IMG/VR virus record: IMGVR_UViG_3300045988_159421
Length of the DNA: 64,000 nt
Strand: one strand, 5' to 3'
Source of the DNA: a virus
The notes under the pieces were generated by a model that made no database searches, was not told the origin of the DNA, and worked only from the letters and a program-made list of their open reading frames with translations. This document shows, in pieces, positions 29,204 through 38,004 of the stretch. Position 1 is the first letter of the stretch; every line of letters starts with the position of its first letter. Both the position numbers and the translations under genes were made by a program.

Positions 29204-29632
29204 TTAAAAAGGTATGTCATCATCATCTATAGCTTGAAATCCATTTGGATCTAACCCTGGATTTGTTATATTATTTGTTCCTTGTTGATTATCTTTCGGA
29301 TAATCTAATGCTTGTACACTTCTACCACTAACCTTAGTAAAAGTTCTATTTTCTCCATCTTGAGTTTGATATCTATCAACTCTAAGATTTCCTTGAATAG
29401 CAACTAATCTACCTTTTGTTATATAATTAGCACAAAATTCAGCTGCTTTCCCTATAACTTCTATTGGTATAAAGTCTGTTTCTTTTGTCCCATCTTTTTT
29501 CTTATAGTCTCTGTCTATTGCCATCGTAAAAGTAGCAACAGGTGTTCCAGAATTAGGTATGTATCTTAACTCTGGGTCTTTTGTTAATCGTCCTACTAAA
29601 ACTACATTATTCATCTTTACCTTTCCTTTCAC
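29204..29632 (-). CDS. ssb: Single-stranded DNA-binding protein
   Basis: OB-fold N-terminus NNVVLVGRLTKDPELRY and acidic tail DDDIPF. Confidence 0.9.
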   Translation of the reverse strand: MKGKVKMNNVVLVGRLTKDPELRYIPNSGTPVATFTMAIDRDYKKKDGTKETDFIPIEVIGKAAEFCANYITKGRLVAIQGNLRVDRYQTQDGENRTFTKVSGRSVQALDYPKDNQQGTNNITNPGLDPNGFQAIDDDDIPF

Positions 29633-30206
29633 TAACTTTCATTATTAATTTAGCTATATTTGAACCCGTTTTCGTCAATTCTTTATCATGAAAAATTAAT
29701 TTTTCATGGTTCATTCTTAGTAATTGACTTTTATTAATTAATATTAAATTATCTTTTTCTAAGTTCAATTTGTTTTGATCAGCAAATATAACTACATCAT
29801 CTTGTGTTAATTTGATATTATGATATTTTTCATATAGAATCCTATGCTTCAACTTCCACACATTAGGTTCTTTTACTTTCATTAGAATATATCCATTACT
29901 ATCAATTCTTTCACTACCAATTTCTTTTTTATTCCAAGGTTTACAACCTTTTTGAAAAGAAGTTTTATTTGGACCAGTAAGTCCTTTAGTTCCTTTATTC
30001 CACGTTTTATGTCCCTTTTGAAACTGGCCATCAAACTCTGTGTTATATCCATATCTTTTAATTGCACTTGTTATTTGACTTAGTTTGAATTTATACTCAA
30101 ATTTTTCGTTCATTAAGTCTAATATTTCCTTACGATGTTTCCCTGGAGTAATTTCTCCAAGATACTTTTTTTCTTCTTCACTCCATTTATGTGGTTTTTC
30201 GCTCAT
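29607..30206 (-). CDS. HNH homing endonuclease
   Basis: Repeated GHKTWNKG / GCKPWNKK modules and an NGYILMK...HRILYEK HNH_3-like core. Confidence 0.6.
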   Translation of the reverse strand: MSEKPHKWSEEEKKYLGEITPGKHRKEILDLMNEKFEYKFKLSQITSAIKRYGYNTEFDGQFQKGHKTWNKGTKGLTGPNKTSFQKGCKPWNKKEIGSERIDSNGYILMKVKEPNVWKLKHRILYEKYHNIKLTQDDVVIFADQNKLNLEKDNLILINKSQLLRMNHEKLIFHDKELTKTGSNIAKLIMKVSERKGKDE

Positions 30207-30448
30207 TATTCACCACCTTCTAGCATTTTAGGCATTTCTTTTTCATTGTTTTTACCATATTCTAATTCTATGGATTTTGCTTTTAATACAACATTTGCAT
30301 TGGCAATAATTTGTTTTGAAACTCCTATAACTGCTTTACTTCTTATAATTTCATCTTCTAATTTTTCTCCTGTTATCTCTTCGTCATTTAAACGTTCTAA
30401 TTGAGCGAATAAATGATTGTTTAGATCACCCAAAGTATTCCTAGGCAC
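30206..30448 (-). CDS. Hypothetical protein
   Basis: 80-aa ORF. Confidence 0.45.
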   Translation of the reverse strand: MPRNTLGDLNNHLFAQLERLNDEEITGEKLEDEIIRSKAVIGVSKQIIANANVVLKAKSIELEYGKNNEKEMPKMLEGGE

Positions 30449-30451
30449 TTT

Positions 30452-31135
30452 TTAAACCCCCTTAGTTATTCTCATATTCGGTACATTTTTAAACTCGATT
30501 ATATTTTCTCTACACATTTCTATGATTCTACTAGTTATAGCAGCATCATAATTCATCAATTCATCTAGTGATTTTTCTGTACTTACTATAATCGGTTTTT
30601 CTGTCATGTAACGATAATTTATTATTTCATAGATATACTTTCTATCAGCTTCGCTTGTTTGACCTTTGAGTAAATCATCAACGAATAGCACAGTGCAATT
30701 CTTATACTGGTCTATTTCTTTGTTGTAATTAATTGGATCCATACAACATTGTTTTAGTTTCATAATTAAGCTAACATATTCAGCATATCTACATCCTACA
30801 TTTTGATTTACGAGTTGCATCATCATTGCAATTCCTAAATGGGTTTTTCCCGTTCCTGGTTTTCCAGTTAATAAGAAACTACCCTTTTCCTCTTTAAACT
30901 TCTTACAGTAGCTCATGGCTCGTAATTTTGCCTGTTTCTGATGCTCTGTATCTGTTTTGAAGTTTAAAAAAGTTTTCTTTTTAAAAGAATCCGTTAGGCC
31001 ACATCTTTCTAACTTTTCTTTTATGTGTCTTTTCTTGATACATTCACAAGGAACGGCTTGAGTATAGCCTTCTTTATCTTCTTGTAAAGTGTACCCTAAA
31101 TCTCTACACTTCTCACATTGATATTCTATAGCCAT
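30452..31135 (-). CDS. DnaC/IstB-like helicase-loader ATPase
   Basis: Walker A GKPGTGKTHL, Walker B LFVDDL, N-terminal Cys cluster. Confidence 0.75.
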   Translation of the reverse strand: MAIEYQCEKCRDLGYTLQEDKEGYTQAVPCECIKKRHIKEKLERCGLTDSFKKKTFLNFKTDTEHQKQAKLRAMSYCKKFKEEKGSFLLTGKPGTGKTHLGIAMMMQLVNQNVGCRYAEYVSLIMKLKQCCMDPINYNKEIDQYKNCTVLFVDDLLKGQTSEADRKYIYEIINYRYMTEKPIIVSTEKSLDELMNYDAAITSRIIEMCRENIIEFKNVPNMRITKGV

Positions 31136-32073
31136 TTTTCTATGCTGCCGCCTCCCATTTCATCTAATTCTTTTTGTAATTCGTCTATTTCATCTAAGTC
31201 ATCTTGACTTACTGGTTTCATTTTCTCGGGATCTATATAACCTTGATATTTTTGTAAGTCCTCTAATATGTTTGAATTGTTATTGTCTTGATGTTTATTT
31301 GAGTTGTAGTTACTGAAGTTGTCTTTTAGTGGAAAAACTCCTTGCCAACAATTTTCAATCGAGTTTTCCAGTATTTTTATTTTGATATCATCTGTTGTTG
31401 CTAACTTATCTAGTTTATTTAGTATTCCTTTTAAGGCTCTTTCTGTAACAGGCTTTTTAATGCTCTTTCGCATTTTCATAAAATCTATTATTGTTTCCTG
31501 TAAGAAAGAGTTAGAAGTATACTCATTTATAAGAACATCTAAATCAGTTCTTTTTTTCTTTTTTTCTTTTTTATTAAGACTGTTATTATTAACACTATTA
31601 ATATTTAAACTGTTATTATTAAGACTGTTAATATTAGTGTATTCGTTTTCGAGATATTCATTTTCGATATCTTTATTTTCGTGATATTCATTTTCGATAT
31701 CTTTATTTTCGTGATATTCATTTTCGATATCTCTAAAATTAATACATCGGTCTCTTTCATCCATTATGATTTCATATATATTTTTTGCTTTTAAATTACC
31801 TGATTTTATTCTTTCTACTTTTATGTACCCGGATTCTTTTAATGTTTTTAAGTGTTTAGTAAATCTATTGATTGAGATTCCTAATTCTTCACACATTAAA
31901 TCTCTACTTGGATAACATGTTTTTTTATCTCCAGCGAAGGCTATTAAATATGCATAAATTGCTTTTGCCTCAATTGAAAGATTCTTATCTCTCATAACTA
32001 TCTTAGGTATTATTCCATACCCATCACGTAAAATACTATTTTTGTTGTATTTTACCTCCATTGAATCTGTCAT
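31126..32073 (-). CDS. Phage replication initiator (winged helix plus DnaD-like C-terminus)
   Basis: N-terminal wHTH (IPKIVMRDKNLSIEAKAIYAYL...). Internal repeats. Overlaps the dnaC-like gene. Confidence 0.55.
   Translation of the reverse strand: MTDSMEVKYNKNSILRDGYGIIPKIVMRDKNLSIEAKAIYAYLIAFAGDKKTCYPSRDLMCEELGISINRFTKHLKTLKESGYIKVERIKSGNLKAKNIYEIIMDERDRCINFRDIENEYHENKDIENEYHENKDIENEYLENEYTNINSLNNNSLNINSVNNNSLNKKEKKKKRTDLDVLINEYTSNSFLQETIIDFMKMRKSIKKPVTERALKGILNKLDKLATTDDIKIKILENSIENCWQGVFPLKDNFSNYNSNKHQDNNNSNILEDLQKYQGYIDPEKMKPVSQDDLDEIDELQKELDEMGGGSIEKWL
31651..31740. repeat. Three tandem 30-bp repeats inside the initiator gene (candidate origin iterons)
   Basis: G(A/T)GATATTCATTTTCGATATCTTTATTTTC three times (third copy diverges at its end). 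Encodes DIENEYHENK repeats. Confidence 0.7.
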
Positions 32074-32086
32074 TTAATCACCTCGT

Positions 32087-32269
32087 TTAAACTTGCTGGC
32101 TTTCCTTCTCTTTTACTAATTCAGAAAGTTTAGAAGGGTCTATTCCTAAAATTTTTGCTGATTCAGAAACTTGAAAAGCTTTTATAATTTTAAGAACCGT
32201 GTTGTAATTTTCTTTATTAAGTCCTTGTAAATCTGATGCTATTTTTAGTCTTTCTTCATATCTAGTCAT
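32087..32269 (-). CDS. Small Cro/antirepressor-position protein
   Basis: 60-aa ORF divergent from the repressor-like gene. Confidence 0.4.
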   Translation of the reverse strand: MTRYEERLKIASDLQGLNKENYNTVLKIIKAFQVSESAKILGIDPSKLSELVKEKESQQV

Positions 32270-32500
32270 CTAATTACCTCCTTCGTTGTTTTTCGTTTAT
32301 ATATACATTATATTCCATTTTTTTACGTTAGTCAACGAATTTTTAAACATTTTTAATTATTATTTCTCGTTTTGTGTCGTTGGTATTTTTATCCCATTAA
32401 CGACTTTTTACAATTTTCTCGTTTATTTTTTTCTATTAATATGTTACAATTATTGTATATTAATAAAATAAAAACTTTTAAATATAATTGGAGGCAAGAT

Positions 32501-32887
32501 ATGAATGGTGTAAATGAAAAAGATATTGGTAAAAGAATTGAATTCATAAGAAAGAAAGAAAAGCTTTCAAGACGAGAGTTTGGAAAAATAGTAAATAAAA
32601 GCGAAGATGCTGTATATAATATTGAGAAAGCTAGAGCTAAAATAAGTGATGATATTATTTATAGCATATGTAATATTTTCCACATTAATAAAAATTGGCT
32701 GCTTAATGGAGAGGATGGTATGTATGAAACTAATTCCAAACATATTAGACTTGCAAATATAGTTGGAAATTTAGAAAAAGAAGAAAATCTATTTGAATTA
32801 ACAGAAATGCTTCTAGATCTAAATGATAGACAAATTGAGGTAATTAAAGATTTAATAGATGTGTTTAAAGAATCAGAAAAAAAATAG
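32501..32887 (+). CDS. CI-like XRE-family repressor
   Basis: ATG at 32501 behind a TGGAGG RBS. HTH IGKRIEFIRKKEKLSRREFGKIVNKSEDAVYNIE. The upstream part of the tracked ORF is unlikely to be coding. Confidence 0.65.
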   Translation: MNGVNEKDIGKRIEFIRKKEKLSRREFGKIVNKSEDAVYNIEKARAKISDDIIYSICNIFHINKNWLLNGEDGMYETNSKHIRLANIVGNLEKEENLFELTEMLLDLNDRQIEVIKDLIDVFKESEKK

Positions 32888-33177
32888 GTGCTATGCACCT
32901 ACTTTTTATTTTCCTCGTTTTTTTTATTTTTCTTTGTTAAATATTGATAAACTAACCCCAGTGTATCAATATCTTTATTTTGTTTTAACAAAATTATTAT
33001 TTCTTCTTTTAATTTTGTTATATAGTCCATAGCATCTCCCCCAAAACAGCTTAATAATATCGAACTTACGTTCTATGTAGATATATTATAATACTAATTT
33101 TCATAAAATTCTATACCTTATTTATATTATACTTCCATTTATTGCCATTTTGTCTATTTGTCCCATATTGCGGGACA

Positions 33178-33378
33178 CTATTTGTATTCAGAATCAAATA
33201 AGTCAGTTATTCTACAACCTAAAGCTATCGCTATTTTTTCTAGCTTTACTAGATCCAGTACTGTATCGTTATTCTCCAGTCTAAAGAGAGTACTTTTACT
33301 TAGTTTAGTTTTGTATGCTAACTTTCTAAGACTATGATTTTTCTCGTTTCTTACCTTTGAAATATTGTTAATTATCAT
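33178..33378 (-). CDS. XRE-family HTH protein
   Basis: VRNEKNHSLRKLAYKTKLSKSTLFRLENN. Confidence 0.65.
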   Translation of the reverse strand: MIINNISKVRNEKNHSLRKLAYKTKLSKSTLFRLENNDTVLDLVKLEKIAIALGCRITDLFDSEYK

Positions 33379-33456
33379 AAAATTTATTCTAAAATAACTG
33401 CTTTTTCTCGTAAATGTAAAATATTTGGTTAATATTCCACAAAAACACTAGAAAAG

Positions 33457-33535
33457 AAAAAAAATCCACCTTCCGCAAGATGGATTTTCTTCTAAATAAT
33501 CATAGGTCATATATAAGATACAGAAATACTTTTAA
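33457..33535 (-). ncRNA. Candidate small RNA C (about 80 nt)
   Basis: Lies between the TATAAT at 33543-33548 and the terminator ATCCAUCUU-GCGG-AAGGUGGAU plus U8. Confidence 0.4.
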
Positions 33536-33542
33536 CAATTTA

Positions 33543-33588
33543 ATTATAACATTCCAATACTTATTTGAAAATCGGAACATATTCCTAA
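33543..33588 (-). promoter_or_regulatory. Conserved motif copy 2 plus TATAAT
   Basis: Motif at 33570-33588 and a -10 box at 33543-33548 (minus strand). Confidence 0.5.
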
Positions 33589-33595
33589 CTTTTAC

Positions 33596-33714
33596 AAAAA
33601 AACAACCGCTCTTGATGAGGGTTAAGAGCGGTTAGGGAGTATTGTTTCATACCATAAATTCTAATGATAAACAATATACTAGAAATATTTTAGGAATAAA
33701 AAAATATAATCTTA
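33596..33714 (-). ncRNA. Candidate small RNA B (about 120 nt)
   Basis: Ends in a perfect 10-bp terminator, AACCGCUCUU/AAGAGCGGUU plus U7. Has an internal long hairpin AGUAUAUUGUUU/GAAACAAUACU. Confidence 0.4.
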
Positions 33715-33718
33715 GATA

Positions 33719-33776
33719 ACTATATTATTAATGATACTACTGTTTTTTCAAAACTTCAATCGGAACATATTCCTAA
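33719..33776 (-). promoter_or_regulatory. Conserved motif copy 3 plus a weaker -10 (TAATAT/TATAGT)
   Basis: Motif at 33757-33776. Confidence 0.4.
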
Positions 33777-33784
33777 TTAACAAT

Positions 33785-33870
33785 AAAAAATAACTACCTC
33801 ACAGATGGAAAGGTAGTTATTCTTTAAGAAAGGAGTACTTATATTAGTAATATAGCTAAAACTTTAAGTC
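33785..33870 (-). ncRNA. Candidate small RNA A (about 85 nt)
   Basis: Ends in the terminator UAACUACCU/AGGUAGUUA plus U6. Contains ACUCCUUUCUU (anti-Shine-Dalgarno-like) just 5' of the terminator. Confidence 0.4.
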
Positions 33871-33876
33871 TTATAC

Positions 33877-33927
33877 AATATAAGATTAACACCTTTCATT
33901 TCCAATTACAATCGGAACATATTCCTA
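33877..33927 (-). promoter_or_regulatory. Conserved motif copy 4 plus TATATT
   Basis: Motif at 33909-33927 and a -10 box at 33877-33882. Confidence 0.45.
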
Positions 33928-34086
33928 TATATTTTTAGGGTATGAAACTATAACTGTAGATTAATAAGAAAACGTACTTTGACAAGTGAATATAAAATTT
34001 ATTACTTAAAATAACTTTAACTGTGGAAATTATAACTTTAATTGTGGTATAATAAGGTATATTTATTAAAGGAGGAAGATTCTTTT

Positions 34087-34641
34087 ATGGATAAAAAAAG
34101 TATAGAATTTTTAAAAGAATTACAAAGTGAAATGCTAACACAAAATGAAATACTAACACAAGGTACTAGTAATCTTAGATTTTGGGTGGTAACAGACGAA
34201 AGAAAAATATATAGTGAAGATGATTATGACGGTCAAGAAATAATATTTGAGGGGGACGTAATAGGAGAAAACCTAAAAGATTTATGTGATTTTTTAGTTG
34301 ATTATGATGATAAAATTAGAATATCATACAATAAAGAAAATGACTATGTAGAATTTTTAGACAAAGATGGGCATAAAACTACATTATTTGAAGTAGAAGG
34401 ACTTGTAGATTATTTAAATAATGAATTAGATTATGATATACATTTAAATAATTATAAAATAGAAGAAATTATAGTACCAAATACAATGTTTTTAACTTTG
34501 AGAGAATGCAGAGAACATATTAAATCAAACGAACATCATTATAACAAACCATCTGCTTATGGGATGTCAGCAGAGAAAAGCTCTCAAGCAAAACAATTAT
34601 ATAATATACTATTAAAAACTAATTGGGATGAAGTAAAATAA
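34087..34641 (+). CDS. Hypothetical protein translationally coupled to the ISL3-like gene
   Basis: ATG at 34087 behind an AAAGGAGG RBS. Its stop is 1 nt before the next ATG. Confidence 0.5.
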   Translation: MDKKSIEFLKELQSEMLTQNEILTQGTSNLRFWVVTDERKIYSEDDYDGQEIIFEGDVIGENLKDLCDFLVDYDDKIRISYNKENDYVEFLDKDGHKTTLFEVEGLVDYLNNELDYDIHLNNYKIEEIIVPNTMFLTLRECREHIKSNEHHYNKPSAYGMSAEKSSQAKQLYNILLKTNWDEVK

Positions 34642-34642
34642 T

Positions 34643-35956
34643 ATGAATATACTAAATTTACCAGAATTTGAAGTTTTAGACACAATACAAGATGACCATG
34701 ATATGACGGTAATAGTAAGACCAGTTAAAGCGCCTGTGGCTTGCCCAGAGTGTGGTGGAGTTGAATATTATAAGCATGGTAAATCCAAACGATTTGTAAG
34801 GGATTTAAATAGCTTTGGCAAACGAGTAGGGATTGAAATACATACACACAGATATAAATGCAGATACTGCGGTACTACATTTAGTCAACATTACAAAAGT
34901 ATTGACGATAGAGATAAAATCACTATTCGTTTAAGAGAGCAAATAGAAAAAGAATCCCTTAAAAAGCCATTCGCCAATATAGCAGAAGAATATAGTGTTT
35001 CTCCTACTACAGTAAAGAGAATATTTAATGCTTACATAGAAAGGTTAGAAAAGGATATGACATTCCTCACTCCAGTTATATTAGGTATAGACGAAGCACA
35101 TCTAAATAAAAGCATGAGAGCCGTTTATACCGATATAATTGGACGTAAGGTATTGGATATCCAGCCAAGCCGTAAGAAGTCCGATGTAAAGGCTTTTCTG
35201 AGTAAATTGCCTAACAAGGAGAATATAGAAGTAGTAACCATAGACATGTGGAGATATTACAAAGAGGCAGTATATGAGGAGTTGCCAAAAGCTCAGGTAA
35301 TAGTTGATAGATTCCATGTAATACAATTAGTTAACAATGCTTTAGAAGGTGAGAGAAAGTCATTTAAAGGCTCTTTAGACAGAAAGCAAAGGTCTAAGTT
35401 GTTAAAAGATAGATTCTTGCTACTGAGGAATAAAGAGGATTTAAATGCTAGACAGATTTGGGATATGCAACTAATGTTTTTAGACTTTCCACAGTTAAAG
35501 TTAGCCTATGAGTTAAAGGAACAATTTAGGGATATCTATAAACACGATAACCGAGAAGATGCTCTAAGGGCTTATGAGGACTGGAAGAAGGCAGTACCAA
35601 AGGATATGAAATACTATCAAGATGTTATTAAAACAGTTGATAACTGGCAGTATGAGATATTTAACTACTTTACTTGTAGAATCACAAATGCTTATACAGA
35701 GAGTTTAAACAACTTGATTAAGAACATCGAGAAAGCTGGTAGAGGTTACTCTTTTGAGGTACTTAGAGCAAAGGTGCTATTTGGTACAAGTGCTACTAGA
35801 AAACCTAAATACACAAGAGCAAATACAAGTAACAAAACATATACATTTACTACGGCATTTAGTTGGAATGATTTCGTAGGAAGTACAAAATTAACAGAAG
35901 GATTTGGAGTAGATATTCCACAACTACTAGAGGTATTAGAGAGTGATAAGTTTTAA
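34643..35956 (+). CDS. ISL3-family transposase homologue, second diverged copy
   Basis: CPECGG...CRYCG zinc finger, GIDEAH, VTIDMW, VDRFHV and NAYTESLNNLIK blocks. Collinear with 15496-16803 but clearly diverged from it. Confidence 0.75.
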   Translation: MNILNLPEFEVLDTIQDDHDMTVIVRPVKAPVACPECGGVEYYKHGKSKRFVRDLNSFGKRVGIEIHTHRYKCRYCGTTFSQHYKSIDDRDKITIRLREQIEKESLKKPFANIAEEYSVSPTTVKRIFNAYIERLEKDMTFLTPVILGIDEAHLNKSMRAVYTDIIGRKVLDIQPSRKKSDVKAFLSKLPNKENIEVVTIDMWRYYKEAVYEELPKAQVIVDRFHVIQLVNNALEGERKSFKGSLDRKQRSKLLKDRFLLLRNKEDLNARQIWDMQLMFLDFPQLKLAYELKEQFRDIYKHDNREDALRAYEDWKKAVPKDMKYYQDVIKTVDNWQYEIFNYFTCRITNAYTESLNNLIKNIEKAGRGYSFEVLRAKVLFGTSATRKPKYTRANTSNKTYTFTTAFSWNDFVGSTKLTEGFGVDIPQLLEVLESDKF

Positions 35957-35967
35957 TTCACTCTCTT

Positions 35968-36324
35968 TTATTTTCCACACTTAAAGTTGTATACCCTATT
36001 TTTATAAGTAAATTTTACAAAAGTTCCGTTTTCAGTTTTAGCCTTAACTCTGGCAACTTCTGTTGTTTCATCTATTTCTAAACTTTTAATCGCTTGAATA
36101 ACCATATTTGTTTTACAGTTTTTAGTTTTAAATTCAATAATATCATCTGTATATTTTACAGTTGCATTTGACATGCTAAAATCCACTCCAGAAATAGTTA
36201 ATACATATACACTAACTTTTTCTCCTTCAAATGGCTCTAGAAATTTTTTAATTTCCCATTGTTCAACTAATTTTTTAATGTTATTATTTTTCATTTTTCT
36301 TACCCCTTCTCTAATTAATATCAT
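35968..36324 (-). CDS. Hypothetical protein
   Basis: 118-aa ORF. Confidence 0.45.
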   Translation of the reverse strand: MILIREGVRKMKNNNIKKLVEQWEIKKFLEPFEGEKVSVYVLTISGVDFSMSNATVKYTDDIIEFKTKNCKTNMVIQAIKSLEIDETTEVARVKAKTENGTFVKFTYKNRVYNFKCGK

Positions 36325-36465
36325 TCAACTTTAAAACCTAAATAGTCGGCAAAAATAGTCCCTGTCATGTCGATTGTCCCTGTCTCTCTTAAAAACTATT
36401 TTTTATTTAGAGTAGAGGCTTTAGCATTTTTTATATTGTTTTTAATCCACTAGGGTAGTGGAAAT

Positions 36466-36924
36466 TTACCCTAGTAATTCATATAATCGTTGTTGTCTTT
36501 CATACTCTTTTAAAGCCTTTTGAGATTTATTTCTAAACTCTAATCTTAGATTCGATCTTCTACAATTTTCAGGATTATTATCTTTGAATACTATTTTAAA
36601 AAATCTTGTATTATATGCTCCAAAGAATCCTTCGTAAACTAATTTATGAACTGGAATATTTTTTCTTTTACCATTTTGGACCAATGTTACAGTTTTATAT
36701 CTATGAGTATAAAAAACTTTCAGCTCTTTCCAAACAACACTTCCATAATCAATTTTATCTAGTGTTTGATGCTCAAATCTTTTCTTGCTGCTAAATACTC
36801 TTCCAAAACTTGTTATGTAATAATCATCAAAGTTTGTAACTGGAACAGCATCTTCACCTATAAATAAATAATCTTTAATTGTATCTTTCATCAAGTTCTT
36901 CCAGTTGCTCTCTGTTATACTCAC
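36466..36924 (-). CDS. NUMOD4/HNH_3-type homing endonuclease-like protein
   Basis: YYITSFGRVFS (NUMOD4-like) and VHKLVYEGFFG. Start uncertain because it overlaps the upstream ORF. Confidence 0.5.
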   Translation of the reverse strand: MSITESNWKNLMKDTIKDYLFIGEDAVPVTNFDDYYITSFGRVFSSKKRFEHQTLDKIDYGSVVWKELKVFYTHRYKTVTLVQNGKRKNIPVHKLVYEGFFGAYNTRFFKIVFKDNNPENCRRSNLRLEFRNKSQKALKEYERQQRLYELLG

Positions 36925-37525
36925 GATAATCCTCCCCTCTTAAAACTCTATCTTCAATATATTTGTCAAATTCCTCTGTGCTTTCAAATTTATATCTAGT
37001 TTTCTTTGCAAATTTATATCCTTCTGCATGTGCTTGTCTTTCTGCTTCTGTAATGATAATATCTATTCTTTTCATAATGTCTTTATATAGATCTTCGTTC
37101 ATTTCCGCATCATGCTTTGCACAATTAGAAAGTAATTTATCTATTTTTAGATAGTTACGAGCAAATACTTTACTTCTAATAAACTCGTAGTTGTGTGAAG
37201 TTACTGCATGCGGTTTTGTGTTTCTTTTAATATAATCTTCTACTTTTTTATCTTGTTTTTCTTTATAAACATCACTAATAGGTTTAAAAGGTTCATAATC
37301 TCTTAAAAATAATCCCTCTATGACCTTTATAAGCATTTTTAAAAGATTAATAACTAAATATAAGCTAAATCTACAAAATTTTATTACAAGGGCAAATACA
37401 ACCTCAAACCATGAATTATATTCAGTTTTTTCTTTATATCCTTCTAAATGTTCTTCTTTGCTTAAAATATAAGTTGCTTTTGTTTTTTTATCTCTATCTA
37501 ATATTTCTATACTATCATTTTGCAT
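36875..37525 (-). CDS. Hypothetical membrane-anchored protein
   Basis: One hydrophobic segment, FEVVFALVIKFCRFSLYLVINLL. Confidence 0.45.
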   Translation of the reverse strand: MQNDSIEILDRDKKTKATYILSKEEHLEGYKEKTEYNSWFEVVFALVIKFCRFSLYLVINLLKMLIKVIEGLFLRDYEPFKPISDVYKEKQDKKVEDYIKRNTKPHAVTSHNYEFIRSKVFARNYLKIDKLLSNCAKHDAEMNEDLYKDIMKRIDIIITEAERQAHAEGYKFAKKTRYKFESTEEFDKYIEDRVLRGEDYREYNREQLEELDERYN

Positions 37526-37709
37526 TCCAACCCCTCCAATCTAAAATTTTAATTGCAAGTGATCTTAAAATTGGATTAGAATACAAAAAATCTTTTATTT
37601 CTTCCTCTTTTCTTTTTATTGCCTTTTCTTCATCTGACAATACATCGACAAAAAATATTTTTTCTAAATTCATATTATCGTCGAACATTTTGACTTTATG
37701 TCTTCTCAT
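37515..37709 (-). CDS. Hypothetical protein
   Basis: 64-aa ORF with a GGAGGAAGG RBS. Confidence 0.45.
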   Translation of the reverse strand: MRRHKVKMFDDNMNLEKIFFVDVLSDEEKAIKRKEEEIKDFLYSNPILRSLAIKILDWRGWNAK

Positions 37710-37824
37710 TATTCTTCCCCTTCCTCCTGGAGAAAAACTATGTTATAATTTACTTGCTACGGTTAGTTATAACATAGTTGTAACTTCCAGGGTCGCTCAT
37801 CTTTGTGTGGGCGACTTTTTTATT

Positions 37825-37992
37825 TTATTTTTTCATTTCAACATCTAAATAGATGCTAGAATACTTACTTTTACCTCTACTTTTATAAGCCTGTGATTGA
37901 CTTATAATTTCAAATTCCTTTTCTAACTTTTTAATAGCCTCTTCTAATTCTTCTGGTCTTTCATAGTTATATGTAATTCTTATCTTTAGCAT
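37825..37992 (-). CDS. Small hypothetical protein (55 aa)
   Basis: Hand-translated MLKIRITYNYERPEELEEAIKKLEKEF..., directly after rep. Confidence 0.4.
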   Translation of the reverse strand: MLKIRITYNYERPEELEEAIKKLEKEFEIISQSQAYKSRGKSKYSSIYLDVEMKK

Positions 37993-38004
37993 ATTATCAC
38001 CCCC

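Noticed and set aside
29882-30067. 61-aa minus-strand ORF nested inside the HNH endonuclease gene.
   Set aside because: It is an alternative frame of a supported gene, with no RBS and no recognisable motif.
32372-32500. N-terminal 43 codons of the tracked ORF 32372-32887.
   Set aside because: This is a hydrophobic, low-complexity translation of the operator/promoter region. A good RBS (TGGAGG) precedes the ATG at 32501, where the HTH domain begins.
33457-33927. Possible CRISPR array serving the type IV-B-like operon, built on the repeated 19-20-bp motif.
   Set aside because: The repeats are 150-190 bp apart and are separated by terminators and -10 boxes. The other two copies are tens of kb away. 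This is not a repeat-spacer architecture, and no other array-like periodicity was seen in the window.
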